NCBI RefSeq assembly: GCF_006345805.1 | Contig: NC_042998.1 | Location: 36,084,001 to 36,148,000 of the forward strand | Source of the DNA: Octopus sinensis | Taxonomy: Eukaryota | Length of the DNA: 64,000 nt | Reading direction: 5' to 3' | Part shown: one piece after another, positions 51,736 to 63,773 of the stretch | Layout of the letters: the number at the start of each line of letters is the position of its first letter | How positions within the stretch are numbered: position 1 is the first letter of the stretch | The notes under the pieces: generated by a model | What the model was told of the DNA's origin: nothing | What the model saw: the letters and a program-made list of their open reading frames with translations, nothing else | The model's database searches: none | Position numbers and translations under genes: made by a program

Positions 51736-51767
<32 letters not shown>

Positions 51768-51856
51768 CGTATATATATACACACATACGTATATTATTAT
51801 TATTATATATATATATACACACACATATTATATATATGCATATATGTATGTGTATG

Positions 51857-51892
<36 letters not shown>

Positions 51893-51975
51893 GCGTATAT
51901 ATATATCATATGTATATATGTACATCACCTCCAAACCTTCTAATATATGTATATACATATACGCACGCACACATA

Positions 51976-52008
<33 letters not shown>

Positions 52009-53682
52009 ACATGGCAAATTGTTTTTATAATGTATTTATTCAAAGAAGAACGACCTCTTCGTTCGACACCCATGTCTCTCCCTATCTTTGTCTCATATAC
52101 ACATGTAATTATGTGTTATATCTATATGTAAACACGCCGGTAACCATAATGTGTCAATGGATGTCGATCGCGAGTTACGTCTTTATGTGGGATGTCAAAT
52201 ACCAAAAAAAAAAAAAAAAAAATGCAAAGAAAAAACAAAAAACAAATAAACAAAAAAAGCAAACCCGCAACGAAGAGAGGAGCCCAATGGTGTCCAGGCT
52301 ATCGACTGCAGCAGTAAATCGAAGGCACGGGGAAATGTCACAATTGGGAATATGATCGATCTCAAAACGGACATTCGATTTACTCACTCATATTTACGAC
52401 TTCTATCTCTCTCTCCACCCCAATCCACCCCCCCGCAAAACACCGCACCAGTTCTATTCTTTCTCCTTTGTCAGTATTTTTCTTAAATTTGTTTAATGTG
52501 CGACTGAAAAATCAAAAAGAAATTATGACACACCGTAAAAACCGAAGTGACAACCATACGAAATAAAATGGCGTTGTCCCCTGTCTGTTCAGCACCGGAT
52601 ATATATCGTCTATCACATGTGATCACAAAGTTTTACATTTTCCTCATGTCTTTGTTTTCGTTATATCTCATAACGCCTCTCTCCAGTCGCTTCCTCTCTT
52701 TATCTTTTCCTCTCATTCTTCTTCTTTTTCGGTTTCCTATCTCACTTGCAAACACTTCCACATCTGTCTGTCTGTGTCTGTCTGTCATACTCATATTTAT
52801 ATTTACACATAGGATGTATAGATGTATGTGTGTGGCATAAGCATATCAACGATTATCCTCCACACAGACATCCGATGTACAAATATGAAACTTCTTTCAT
52901 AAGTTACCAATAAATATATAATTAAAATTAAACAGAAAACGGGGTTGACTCAGATTAGAGCAAAAAAATCGGGCGAAGATTTGCGAAATAAAAAGCAGAA
53001 TATAAATAACCATATGCGAATATGCCGCAATGTCTATGTGACAAATTTGCGGGATCGTTAGTCCCTTGGAGGCGGAAGCTTTTGTTTTTCCTGTCTTACT
53101 TCCACTAAATGCACCTTGAGTTCAAATTCAGCCATTGCCAAATTATCAGGTTTTAAAAAAATACTGTACAACTTCCAGGACGGTTCTTTGGCGGAACTGT
53201 GAGATAGTGATTTGTTCTGGATCTGTACGACATGAGGTCAAACCTGATACCTGTCACTGAAAAAAATAAATTAATTAAAAACAGTGGCAGATCTTCTGTT
53301 AGAGACCTCGACTGACCGATAGGATTAGCAGCGAAAAAACGCTCAAAAGACCAAACAACAAAACAGTAAAAAACAATGGAAATGTTCAATCGAAAGATTG
53401 GCTGCTACACACATATTAAATGGCCATTCGTTGGTCCAATGGGAAATGGTGTGAGTGACCAAAGATTGTCTAACTTCTTGGACAAAAACCACACATACTG
53501 GGCTTTCGGATTCTCTCGTTTATGTTTAAAAATTTCACCGACAAACAAGCACTCTCTCTCTCACTACGTCTCTCTCTCTCTCTCTAGCTCTCTCTGTCTA
53601 TCTCTATATATCTCTCTATCCCTCTATATCTTTATCTCTCTCTCACTCTTTATCTCTGTCTCTCACTCTATCTAGCTTTGTA

Positions 53683-53970
53683 TATATGCATGGCTCACGA
53701 TCGCAAGGTCGTGAGTACGATTCTCAGCGGCGTGCTGTGTCCTTGAGCAAGGCATTTTATTTCACATTGCTTCAGTCCACTCAGCTGGCAAAAATGAGCA
53801 GTACCTGTAATTCGATAGGCCAGCCTTGTCCCATCTTGTGCTACGCCGAGTTTGCCCGAGAATTATGATAAAGTACGCGTGTCTGTGGAGTGATCAACCA
53901 CTTCCACATTGATTCCACGAGCAGGCTGTTCCGATGATCGGATCAACTGTCGTAAACGACGGAGTGCCAA
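53683..53970 (+). mobile_element. SINE family E
   Basis: CORE-like GTGTCCTTGAGCAAGGCA; tail CACGAGCAGGCTGTTCCG...CGTAAACGACGGAGTGCC. Confidence 0.8.
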
Positions 53971-54395
53971 GGAAAGAATATAAACACACACACACCCACA
54001 CACACACAAATGAGTGTGTATACATTAAAATCCCGAAATATATGTTTAATACGCATGTATTTGGCGTAGCTTTATAAATATAACTTGTGTCTTGCATATA
54101 AGCCACAAGAATTTTGGCAGCTAAAATGGAGAGGTTATGCATTTATCTGCCTCAGCAAGAGTTGATTTACATTTTTCGCAAATAGCTTTACTAATGGTGG
54201 ATAAAATGTGGAGTAAGCGATCCCTGATGAATATAAGTAACTGTAAATATAAATAAATGAATATAAAACTCATCGAAGACTCTACTGTCTTTACTTCTGA
54301 AACTCCCTCCGTTTGTCCACAAGTTGTAGTTACACAGTGAGAATATATATAAACAAAGTTATTTTATTCCACACGGATAGAAATCTAGGAAGAAC

Positions 54396-54551
54396 AGAGG
54401 TTGAAAAATGCACTGGGTGTAGTTAAAATATTTACTATTGTTATTATATTTAAAGATTTAATCGGTTTCACAAGGAGTGCCTGTGAAATTGGTTGAATCT
54501 TTAAATATGATAATAAATATTTTAACTATTCTCAGTGTATTTTCAACTTCT
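54396..54551. repeat. AT-rich imperfect hairpin, about 75-bp arms, 4-nt loop
   Basis: AGAGGTTGAAAAATGCACTG...TTTCACAAGG pairs with CCTGTGAAA...CAGTGTATTTTCAACTTCT. Confidence 0.8.
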
Positions 54552-54670
54552 ATTTATATATATTTTATGAAAATAAAGAACATTAATACTCATGATATAT
54601 ATTAACGTTAGTGGCCGCAAGCTAAAACCTCATTGGCAAAATTGAGAGATATAAAAGAATTTATATATAC

Positions 54671-54981
54671 CAAGGGTACCTTTTTGAAAAGCACCAGGTC
54701 TGCTAGAGAAAGGAGTCAAAACACTCCGAAACCACGAATGTTGACGCTATATTTTCCCAGGAATGGTTGGAAAAAAAAAAATTAAGTGAATCAAAGATTG
54801 CATCTTACATCTGAAAAGAACTGTAAGAAGGAATGAAATTTTACTGAGGGAAGACGCAATCCTGATTTCGCTTAATTTTTTTTCAAACCCTGTCTGTGAA
54901 AATATAGCCAACTTTTGTGACTTGGGAGTGTTTTAACTCCTTTCTTTAGCAGACATGGTGCTTTTAAAAAAATCGCCCTTG
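54671..54981. mobile_element. MITE with about 125-bp TIRs
   Basis: CAAGGG..TTTTTGAAAAGCACCA.GTCTGCTA.AGAAAGGAG pairs with CTCCTTTCTTTAGCAGACATGGTGCTTTTAAAAAAATCGCCCTTG; TA-rich flanks. Confidence 0.8.
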
Positions 54982-54999
54982 TTATATATATAAAACTCT

Positions 55000-55200
55000 T
55001 ATATATAGTTAATCCAAACATGAAAACACAAAGAGAAAACACAACAACGCGAGGACATGGAACAAGTATAGTATTATTGGACGCTCAGGAAAGAAGGAGG
55101 GTTTAACGTTTTGAGCGGAGCTCTTCCTCAGAAACATAGGAAGAGGAAAGATCCAAAGAAGGGAAGACGGAGGAAAAAAATCGCCAACGGTACACATACA
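55000..55200 (-). mobile_element. PLE-type 3' end with HHR (G12A variant)
   Basis: GTTT-CTGAGGA-A-GAGC-TCC-GCTC-AAAA-C-GTT-AAAC at 55135-55101; resembles family P1. Confidence 0.65.
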
Positions 55201-55216
55201 TAGACATACATATATA

Positions 55217-55492
55217 TAGTGGCGGACTGGCCAGGTTGTCAGCTTGCTCGATGGTAAGTGGGCTCCCTGCGCCATTAGAATCCATATATGGGTGCCCATC
55301 TAAGGGGCCCATCTCCTCAAGTTTGAGATTTTTTAAATTCATTTCCGGAAGAATACATTATTTCAGCCTGGCTGTGTTTCTAGACAGTTGAAAAGAATAT
55401 TTTTAACAAAATAAATAAATGATAGTACTGTAGTTGCGGGTGGCCACCCTTAGTCTCCTGGCAACTAATATTTTTGACCCAGTCCGCCACCG
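55217..55492. mobile_element. MITE with 14-bp TIRs and TA flanks
   Basis: TAGTGGCGGACTGG (55217) and CCAGTCCGCCACCG (55479-55492). Confidence 0.75.
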
Positions 55493-55757
55493 TATAATGT
55501 ATATATAAGAAAATAATTGACTTACATAAATAACTGATGTAAGTCAATTGTTGTTCATCAGTACTTCTCCATTTTCTGTCTTCTTTAAATTTTGATTCTT
55601 GCTAAACCCATGTTTATCTTTACCTATAACTTATGAATATAATATGTTAGCATATATATGCCCATGGTTAAATATAGGTAATATACCAGTAGTGTAAAAT
55701 AACTCTTAGACGGTTATTTTAACCTCTAACTCAACTAACCTATATATATATATATTA

Positions 55758-56420
55758 CTATCAGTAAAAAGCAGCCTTGTCCGTGATCGAGTCAATCCAT
55801 ATTGTCTTTGGTGTGGAAAGTAGACCGTGAATCGGGCATACTTCTGAAGCAGTGTCTTCTTTTCTCAACCAATTGAGTAAATACTCTTTTGTTCTTTTAT
55901 CAAAAATGTTAAATGATATTAGGCATGCAGCGATGAACACTTGTAACAAGAAACGGGAAGTACTTACCGTTCTCCTTCTTGTCGCGATTGCAGTACCTCC
56001 TTGTACACAATGTTTCGGGTTTCCTCGTTTTTGGCAAAGGCAAAAAAGATCCGTCTTGCTTCCCACTCTTGAACAGCCAACTTACAGTTGTCCGTGTGAA
56101 AAGTATGACTTCCACAAGAAGGCCAGCCACAGATATGGTTTGGCATTGGAACTTGTTGATGGACATCGCAAAGCTGATACGGATTGGGAATTGCAGTCTC
56201 CGAAATGAAAAGGGAATGTCCGCTCCCGATGCAATGAGGGGAATTCGTGGAATAAATACGGCGTCCTCTTGTCCACATCCCGTTAGAATGGTTGCTTCGA
56301 TGACATGGGGTAGATTTTTTTTATGACCAGTCGTGTGCCATTACAGAGTCGCTGTGGTTCCTGATTCCGAAGCAGCATTATCGGAGTTCCTTCCTTGAAT
56401 CCCTGTGCATGTGTAGACCC

Positions 56421-56466
<46 letters not shown>

Positions 56467-56778
56467 GTTCTCTCAAAAGAAATGCCCTAAAAGCATGCAT
56501 CATTTTGCAACCTGTGGCCGAGAGTCTAATGCCTGTTTATTTCAAATTTGAGCAAAATTGTGTGTATGGTTCCGGAGATAAGTCCAGAAATGCCATTTTT
56601 TAGTCGTTTTTTCCCGTCCTGTGCTCAAAGTAAGCAAACTCGAAGAATCAATGTACCAGGAACACTCCTTGGACCAAAATAGATGTGTGTGAAATTTGGT
56701 GAAAATCGAACAAACGGTGTTGAGGCGATGCGCAAGCACACACACAGACGGACATCCTCCGTTATATATATATAAAGT
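55758..56778 (-). mobile_element. Internally deleted Helitron
   Basis: 5' end (A)CTTTATATATATATAACGG followed by a (TG)n tract. Helicase fragment inside. Degenerate 3' end TACTGATAG|T, where CTAG is expected. Confidence 0.75.
55964..56424 (-). pseudogene. Helitron RepHel PIF1-family helicase, C-terminal fragment
   Basis: FKEGTPIMLLRNQEPQRLCNGTRLVIKK / PHVIEATILTG...VFIPRIPLI...FRRLQFPIRISFAMSINK / FSHGQL*VGCSRV / TRNIVYKEVLQ. Frameshifted. Confidence 0.93.
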
Positions 56779-57400
56779 TATTGTGGAAGGTCGTCGACCC
56801 TATTATTATATATGTGGAGTAAGAGGTCATATGAGGATGCAGTGTCCCAAGTACGAACATACTCAGAGTGAGAAGGTCGTGGAAAAAGACCAAGAAATGG
56901 AGATGGAAGAAAAAATTGAAACAAAGACAGACAGAGAGGACAAAAGCGATGCAAAGTGCGTCAGAGATAGGAAAGAGGAAGAAAAGACCAAGGAAGACAG
57001 AACGAAAGTGGCAAAGAAGGGGATTGACGGATTTGTCGGCCCTAAAAAGAGAAAGATGGTAGGGTCAAAGGAATACTCGCAAGGACCAGCAGCAGAAACC
57101 GAGACGATGGCCAAAAAAAGGTAGGCAGCCACCCAAACTTAAGCATACGCACTCAGTAGAGACAAAGCCACGAGAAGACGAAAATAGTCATAAGAGATTC
57201 TTGATAATCTATGAAAAGAGTGTGGAGGTGGAAAGAAGAGTATCAAAGAGGAAAGAAGTGGTGAGGTGAAGCTGCGATCAGAGAGAAATTTAATGAAAAT
57301 GATAAGGGTATTCTGGTGAGTGAAGAAAGACATGTGGTATTCATGGATACATGCGGTGAATTGGGGGAGTATGATTGACGGGCTGTGGTTGTGTGATGCT
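56779..57400 (+). mobile_element. Probable Tx1/L1-like LINE remnant (ORF1 zinc knuckle and ORF2 end)
   Basis: VEGRRPYYYICGVRGHMRMQCP is a decayed CCHC knuckle followed by a charged tract; the later segment only weakly resembles a Tx1 C-terminus. Confidence 0.5.
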
Positions 57401-58623
57401 TCACCGCCCTTAATGGATTATGAAGATTTAAGAAGTATGACGTCATAATTATGAACAATATAGGAAAAAAAAAAACGGTGATGAAAATATGAACTTTTTG
57501 TTTTCAAAAGAGAAAACAAGAGGAAAAATTGTCCCAAATCATGTGTAAATGTAATCACTCGACTTCGGGGATCGAGTCTGCATTGTGTCTCATTTCATCT
57601 TTATTCATAATTTCATTCGTTTCTTTTATTTTTTCTTCTTTGCTCCATTTCTTTTTTGCATTTTTATTTCCCCGATTTTATGTTTGCATTGTCTTTTGTG
57701 CTGTATGAACCTCTATATTTAGCCCCTTGTGGGGTAATAAAATAAACGAGGTTAGCTTGGTTAGCCTTCATTGGACATCTCTATGAGAAAAGGATTTCCA
57801 ATTGTGACTATCAATTGATCGTTTATGCATAATGTATACAACACTACAGCATCAGTAGGTATTTCGTTCTTTCTAATATAGTAGGCTTTTGTGGGATATT
57901 TAGATGTTACTTCTAGCAGGTCAAGTGGCCTCATTGTTTGCTTGAAATAACTACCTCACATCGCAAGATGAATCGAAGAAGTATACAACAAAGTATCTTA
58001 TCCAGAAGCACAATCAGTAGTCTAAAAAGGGTATGACCCCACCCCGCTCAAACTTATAAATCGACGACTGACAAATATCCTACTCACTCGGTTTACATAT
58101 TTTCCAGATATTCTAGGGTCTAAGATTTCTCACATTTGGAGGTGAAAAACTTAACTCAAACTGGTTTTATTCAAGTAGTTGTAGATAAAAATTGCTCTTA
58201 GAATAAATCTTTATTAAGATCACTTCAGGATCGAACATAGATATGGGGACAGCACAGGACAAACAATTACACAGAATGAATTTTTGCGATTATTATGTCA
58301 CTTAAAATAAATAAATTTACAATTAAATAAATCTTATGTAGACGTAAAACTGAACTTTTTTCCTTCTATTTTTTAAAATATATTTTTAAAAGCAAGCAAA
58401 TTGGTTTTTTGACCCGGCAGCCTATAAGGCCCAGCGGATCACTTTTTATTTCCTCGATGATCAATTTGGGTAACTTAAACCCACATTTTTCACCACTTCC
58501 TTCCATCTTTGTTCATATGTTCTAGTTGACAGGGTCCTCTTTTCCAGCCCTATTTTGCTCTTAAAGATTCCCCTTAGAAGACGTGCTTCATACAAAGAGC
58601 GATAACTTCACTGGTATCAGATG

Positions 58624-58860
58624 AGCGGCGAGCTGGCAGAAACGTTAGCACGTCGGGCGAAATGCTTAGCGGTATTACGTCTGCCGTTACGTTCTGAGTT
58701 CAAATTCCGCCGAGGTCGACTTTACCTTCCATCCTTTCGGGGTCGATAACTTAAGTACCAATTACGCCCTGGGGTCGATGTAATCAACTTAATACCTATG
58801 TCTGTCCTTGTTTGTCCCCTCTATGTTTAGCCCCTTGTGGGTAATAAAGAAATAGGTATC
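58624..58860 (+). mobile_element. SINE family C, full length, with a 15-bp target-site duplication
   Basis: GGTATCAGATGAGCG at 58613-58627 and 58855-58869. Confidence 0.93.
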
Positions 58861-59350
58861 AGATGAGCGAAATGTGGACAATGTAGAATGGAGTGGATTT
58901 GATCTTTTGAGATATTTGTATCAGCCATATTACTGATGTTTATAATCCGCATCGCTGCTTTCGCTCTGTTACTGATCACTTCTGTCTCTTATTAAGTCAA
59001 AAAAATATTCTTCACTGGTGAGGTTTAATGAGATGTAAACATGTCCCTGGCTCTACAGCCAGCAAAATGTTTTAATCAATTTTGGAGTTATCTTGTTAGA
59101 TTTTAAAAACTTTAGAAAGTGATTTTATTTATGATTTTGATAATCTCAATTGATTGAAGTTTCCAACTCACCATACTAAATATGTTAGGCTCTACACTGT
59201 CTGTATTTATTATGCAGAACGATTGGTTGAGGTATCTTCCCTCAGCCATTTTGCTGATTAATTTTTCCGGCCCTTGTCTGACCGAAGAGCAAGTAAATAG
59301 TTACATGTGCATTGAGTTATTTTCATTTCGAGTGATAATTATGGAATTTA

Positions 59351-59432
59351 AAGGCGGCGAGCTGGCAGAATCGTTAGCACGCCGGGCGAAATGCTTAGCG
59401 GTATTTCGTCTGCCGTTACGTTGTGAGTTCAA
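59351..59432 (+). mobile_element. Head-only SINE family C
   Basis: GGCGGCGAGCTGGCAGAATCGTTAGCACG...GAGTTCAAAT. Confidence 0.85.
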
Positions 59433-59494
59433 ATATTCCGCACGATGTCGTGCGGCTACTATTTATACCCCGCTCAGAGATTTATTATTGCTTT

Positions 59495-59525
<31 letters not shown>

Positions 59526-59638
59526 ATATATATGTACATATATATATATACATACATACATGCATAATATATATATATACATACATTACATACATATATA
59601 TATATATACATACATACATATATATATATATGTAGGTG

Positions 59639-59670
<32 letters not shown>

Positions 59671-60299
59671 GGGAAATTGCTAGAGAAAGACAGAACACAG
59701 TGAGACGAAACAAATGCCGTGAAGCAGTCTACAGCCTCTGCCAGTTGGCTGCCTTATATAGAGTATGAAATAAAAAGAAAAGAACTCGCTTCCATTCCAG
59801 TGTAAGACATAGCTCTCTGCTGAACGTGAGAGAGTTGACAAAGTCTCTATTTCTTATTTGAAACCTAGATACAAGCGATAAGAACAGAGAAAACGAAGTG
59901 TCACCTCTTCAGTCGAGAGGTTGTGCGCTTAACCTTTAAGCAATGGTCCCTCTTCCATTACTCCATTGAAATGTTACTGATTTAAAATGTCTAAACTTTA
60001 CATAACCCGTCGTCGTTGTTGTTGCTAATGATGTCGTCGACGTCCTTCGTCTTCTTCTTCTTGTCTCTGACGCATCTTTCTCTCCTTTCTTCCTATTCTT
60101 TGTATCAATAACTAATAATTAGCAATCCCCTGGCGCTCTATATGTCCACACACACACACACACACACCACACACACACACACACACAAACACACCTGCAC
60201 GCATGCGAATACAAAGACAGTCTGGCAGATTGCTACATGTCGCATAAATGTGTACGCATAGAGTCACATATGCATCCATGCTCATATATACACATGTAT

Positions 60300-60315
60300 C
60301 TATGTATGTATTGTC

Positions 60316-60347
<32 letters not shown>

Positions 60348-60568
60348 TATGCATAAATATATACATACCTACATATATATGCATATATATATATACATAC
60401 ATACATATATACATGCATATATATATATATACATACATACATATATACATGCATACATATATATACATACATATATATACACATATATATACATATATAT
60501 ATACATGCATATATAATGTATATATACCTACATTATATATACCTACATAATATATATATATATATACC

Positions 60569-60605
<37 letters not shown>

Positions 60606-60774
60606 CTGCATAATATATATATAAATACCTACATACATATCTGCATAATATATATATAAATACCTACATAATATATATTATACATATATATAAATACCTA
60701 CATAATAATATATATACATATATATAATACCTACATAATATATATATATACATATATATATATATATTACCTAC

Positions 60775-60805
<31 letters not shown>

Positions 60806-61095
60806 CCTACATAATATATATATATATATATATACATAATATATATATATACATACATAATATATATATATACATATATATATATATACCTACATATATA
60901 TATATATACATATATAATGAATGTATATATATATATATATATATATACCTACATAATACATATACATATATAATGAATGTATATATATATATATATATAC
61001 CTACATTATACATATATACATACATATATATATACATGCATACATACATATATAAATGCATACATATATATACACATATATATACATATATATAC
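60300..61095. repeat. Compound (TA)n tract with recurring TACCTACATA units
   Basis: Directly visible. Confidence 0.95.
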
Positions 61096-61679
61096 ACGCA
61101 CAATGCTGGGCAAAAGTAGATCTATCGTTGCTTAATATGAGTGGAATATTCTTATTCGGAAAAGAAACAGAGAAATGAAAAGATTTTTATGCAACTGTGA
61201 GCCTACGTTAGCCCCTCTCTTTCTCTCTCTACATAAACACGCACAAACGCACATATACACGCACATACACACATACATATATACATGTACGTGCATACAT
61301 ATACACACATATGCAACACACGTATGTAGACACTTTTAGGATTACGTCTCTTTGTATATAATCAATGAATGTGTATATGTGCGTATACAGATAATAGGCT
61401 ATGCATACATACATATACAAACACACACACACACACACAATATATATATATATGTATAATGTATATATTAGCGTGGGTTCGAATTACATGCGTACAGAAA
61501 ACCCACTTTTTTCCGTCGAAGACTTATATTACCCCAATGCCAGACTATTTTCTTTTGTCAATACAGGGTGACCGCTTATAAGCTTTGAAGCCTATAAAAT
61601 ATTATTGTCATTTACAGAATTGTCGCTCATCGCTGCTTCTCCATTTATCGCAGAAAGAAATATATATATGACGCCATGA

Positions 61680-61865
61680 TTCATCGCTAAATCCACAAGT
61701 TTTTTAAAATTCTTTCTCTGTTTATTTCATCGTGTTTCTTTCTGTTGAAGAGCGTAGGCTCGAAACGCAAAGGACTTTCTCACTTTCTCGAGCGTCAAAC
61801 TAATAAACCTGCTGGTTGTTCATACACCTGTCTTCCTATTTTGTTTTTCTGTAAATTTCAACTGT
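61680..61865 (+). mobile_element. PLE-type 3' end with HHR-like motif (family P1, copy 3)
   Basis: CTTT-CTGTTGA-A-GAGC-GTAG-GCTC-GAAA-C-GCA-AAGG at 61738-61773. Confidence 0.6.
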
Positions 61866-61879
61866 ATATATATATATAT

Positions 61880-63121
61880 ATATGCAGTTAAGTCTATGTT
61901 TGGTCATAGAATGCCTAATGGTTTCGCATCCATAAAGGACCTAACCCCATGGACGGCTCGTCAGATTCTAAAGCCGAAGACAAATATAACTTTTCAACTC
62001 TCGAAGGCAGGAATCCGTTATGGCCAGTTAGTTAATAAGCAGCCTAAGAATAAATAATCCGGGCCAGCGAGGACGGGTTATTTCCCTTAGATCAGTTCAT
62101 CTGGGTTAAAAGAAGGGGAACAAGGAAGTTTGCCCTTAGGCTGCTTTTACTTCGTGAGGACATTTTCGGATCTAATCGAAGAACAGCGAATCCCATGCTT
62201 GCAGCAGGTAATGTTTGAAACGGATGCAGACAATGTAAATTTTCTGACGAGAGTTCAGTAATCCTGATTTTAGGGAGTCTTTGAGGATCCTTGCTCGCTC
62301 AGCTACGCAAAGCAGGCAGCGGCCGCTCCCGTTAATGTAGGATCCCGGCCGTTCTATGATCCTTCACTTGACATCGTATAGGATCCCTTCATCTTTGAGG
62401 CGCTACAACGTGGCTGGCCAAGGATGTAACGAATCGCCTTTCCGGAATCCTAAAAGAGGGCAATTGGTTGACCCAATATATTTCCAGGCTTGAGTGTTGG
62501 TTGTGTTCACATTTCTGGCGCATCTTCGGTTGGTTCCGAGCTTGGAAATGTTGTTGCCGCTGATGTTGCTGGAGCTGCCATTGGTGCTGTTACCATTACG
62601 AGGCGTCGGTCTGGCGATATCGCTACGGCCGTTTTCGTTGAAGTGGTCATCCCTGACCGTGGCGTTGGCGCTCCTGTCTCCAATTGTGATATGGGTATCG
62701 TCGTTGGTAACAGTGGGCGTGAGGCCGGTAGCCTCGCTGATGCTGCTGGTGTGTCGGCGTGGTCGTCATCTTCGGTCGTAGTGCTTGTGCTGGGGTCGTT
62801 GGTGTTAGCGCTATCGCTGCTGCCGTTGATGTTAGATGATCCGTTGCTGCTATTACTATAATTGCTAGGTCTAGGTATCACCACAGCCTCATAGATGACT
62901 TCCTCCACCTCGCATTGCCCCCACCAACAAGTCATTGTACTCCCTTCAGGAGCAACCGGCCTCCTCCCGCGTTTTATGGGTGATAGCTAATATACTTTTC
63001 ATGTTGGGTGCGCAGATGAAGGAGACCCTTAGGTTGTACCTATTGGACAAACGTCTGTGCTTGTTTGTCTGCATGAAGTGTTTGCTAACCTGAGGAATAT
63101 TCTTCTCACACAAAATTTATT
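61880..63121 (-). mobile_element. 5'-truncated PLE (Hydra-type) with C-terminal GIY-YIG endonuclease, 3' UTR and HHR
   Basis: RIFLRL/SKHF...RVSFICAPNMKSIL, CS*R, GQCEVEEVIYEAVV, WKYIGST, TSLASHV, GRCLLCVAERARIL...LLNSRQ...KHYLL, stop at 62172-62174. Frameshifted. Confidence 0.85.
61907..61970 (-). ncRNA. Type I hammerhead ribozyme in the PLE 3' UTR, lacking the U of the cleavage triplet
   Basis: Stem I TAGAAT/ATTCTA, CTGACGA, stem II GCCGTCCAT/ATGGATGC with one bulge, GAAA, stem III CC-ATTA-GG, then C where GTC is expected. Confidence 0.75.
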
Positions 63122-63384
63122 CTAAATTGAAAAGAGAAAGAGAGGAAGGAAGATACATACATACATGCATGAATGTCGGCTCTGCTATACAAGGCCCTGG
63201 GAAAAGACATTTTGCCGTGATGCTACGCAATCGATTTGAACTTGAGCCCTCATGGGTGCTGAGCAAATTTCTTAGCCTCGAGGCGACCCACGAGAAACAA
63301 GCTTATACATATATAAGGTGCTGTCATAGATCTTGTATCTTCCACTTGTATCAGTATCTGGACCGCGGCCACTTTGAAGAACTT

Positions 63385-63721
63385 TTTTTATTTTCTTAAG
63401 CCTAGAACTTTTTCAATCGACATCTATTGCCGAACCGCTAGGTTACGGAGACATGAACTCTCCAACACCAGAGTTGTGATGGTAGGGGCAAAGAAAGACA
63501 CAAAGATACACTAATACGCATACAAATACACACTCTCCCACGCACACAATCTCTCTCTCACACATATATATGAGGGGCTTCTTTCGGCTTCCGTCTACGA
63601 AACCCACTCACAAGGCTTTGGTCAGCTTGATGCTATAGTAGAATACACTTGTCCAAAGTGCCACGCAGTGGGACTGAACCCAGAACCATGTGGTTGGGAA
63701 GCAAACCTCTTAACGCACAGC

Positions 63722-63724
<3 letters not shown>
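63385..63724 (-). mobile_element. Diverged SINE family A
   Basis: Head GTGGCTGTGCGTTAAG...GGTTCAGTCCCACTGCGTGGCAC and body present. Confidence 0.8.

Positions 63725-63773
<49 letters not shown>

Noticed and set aside
62060-62115. SECIS-like ATGA...AAA...GA on the minus strand
   Set aside because: The helix between the ATGA and the AAA loop pairs poorly.
62507-62935. Ser/Thr-rich 142-aa ORF as a host exon
   Set aside because: It begins in PLE linker and GIY motifs and continues into YIG after a frameshift, so it belongs to the PLE.
63122-63160. Strong-looking minus-strand splice acceptor (pyrimidine tract plus AG) at the PLE 5' truncation
   Set aside because: The tract is a (CT)n-type repeat, and downstream frames hit stops or frameshifts; no evidence of use.
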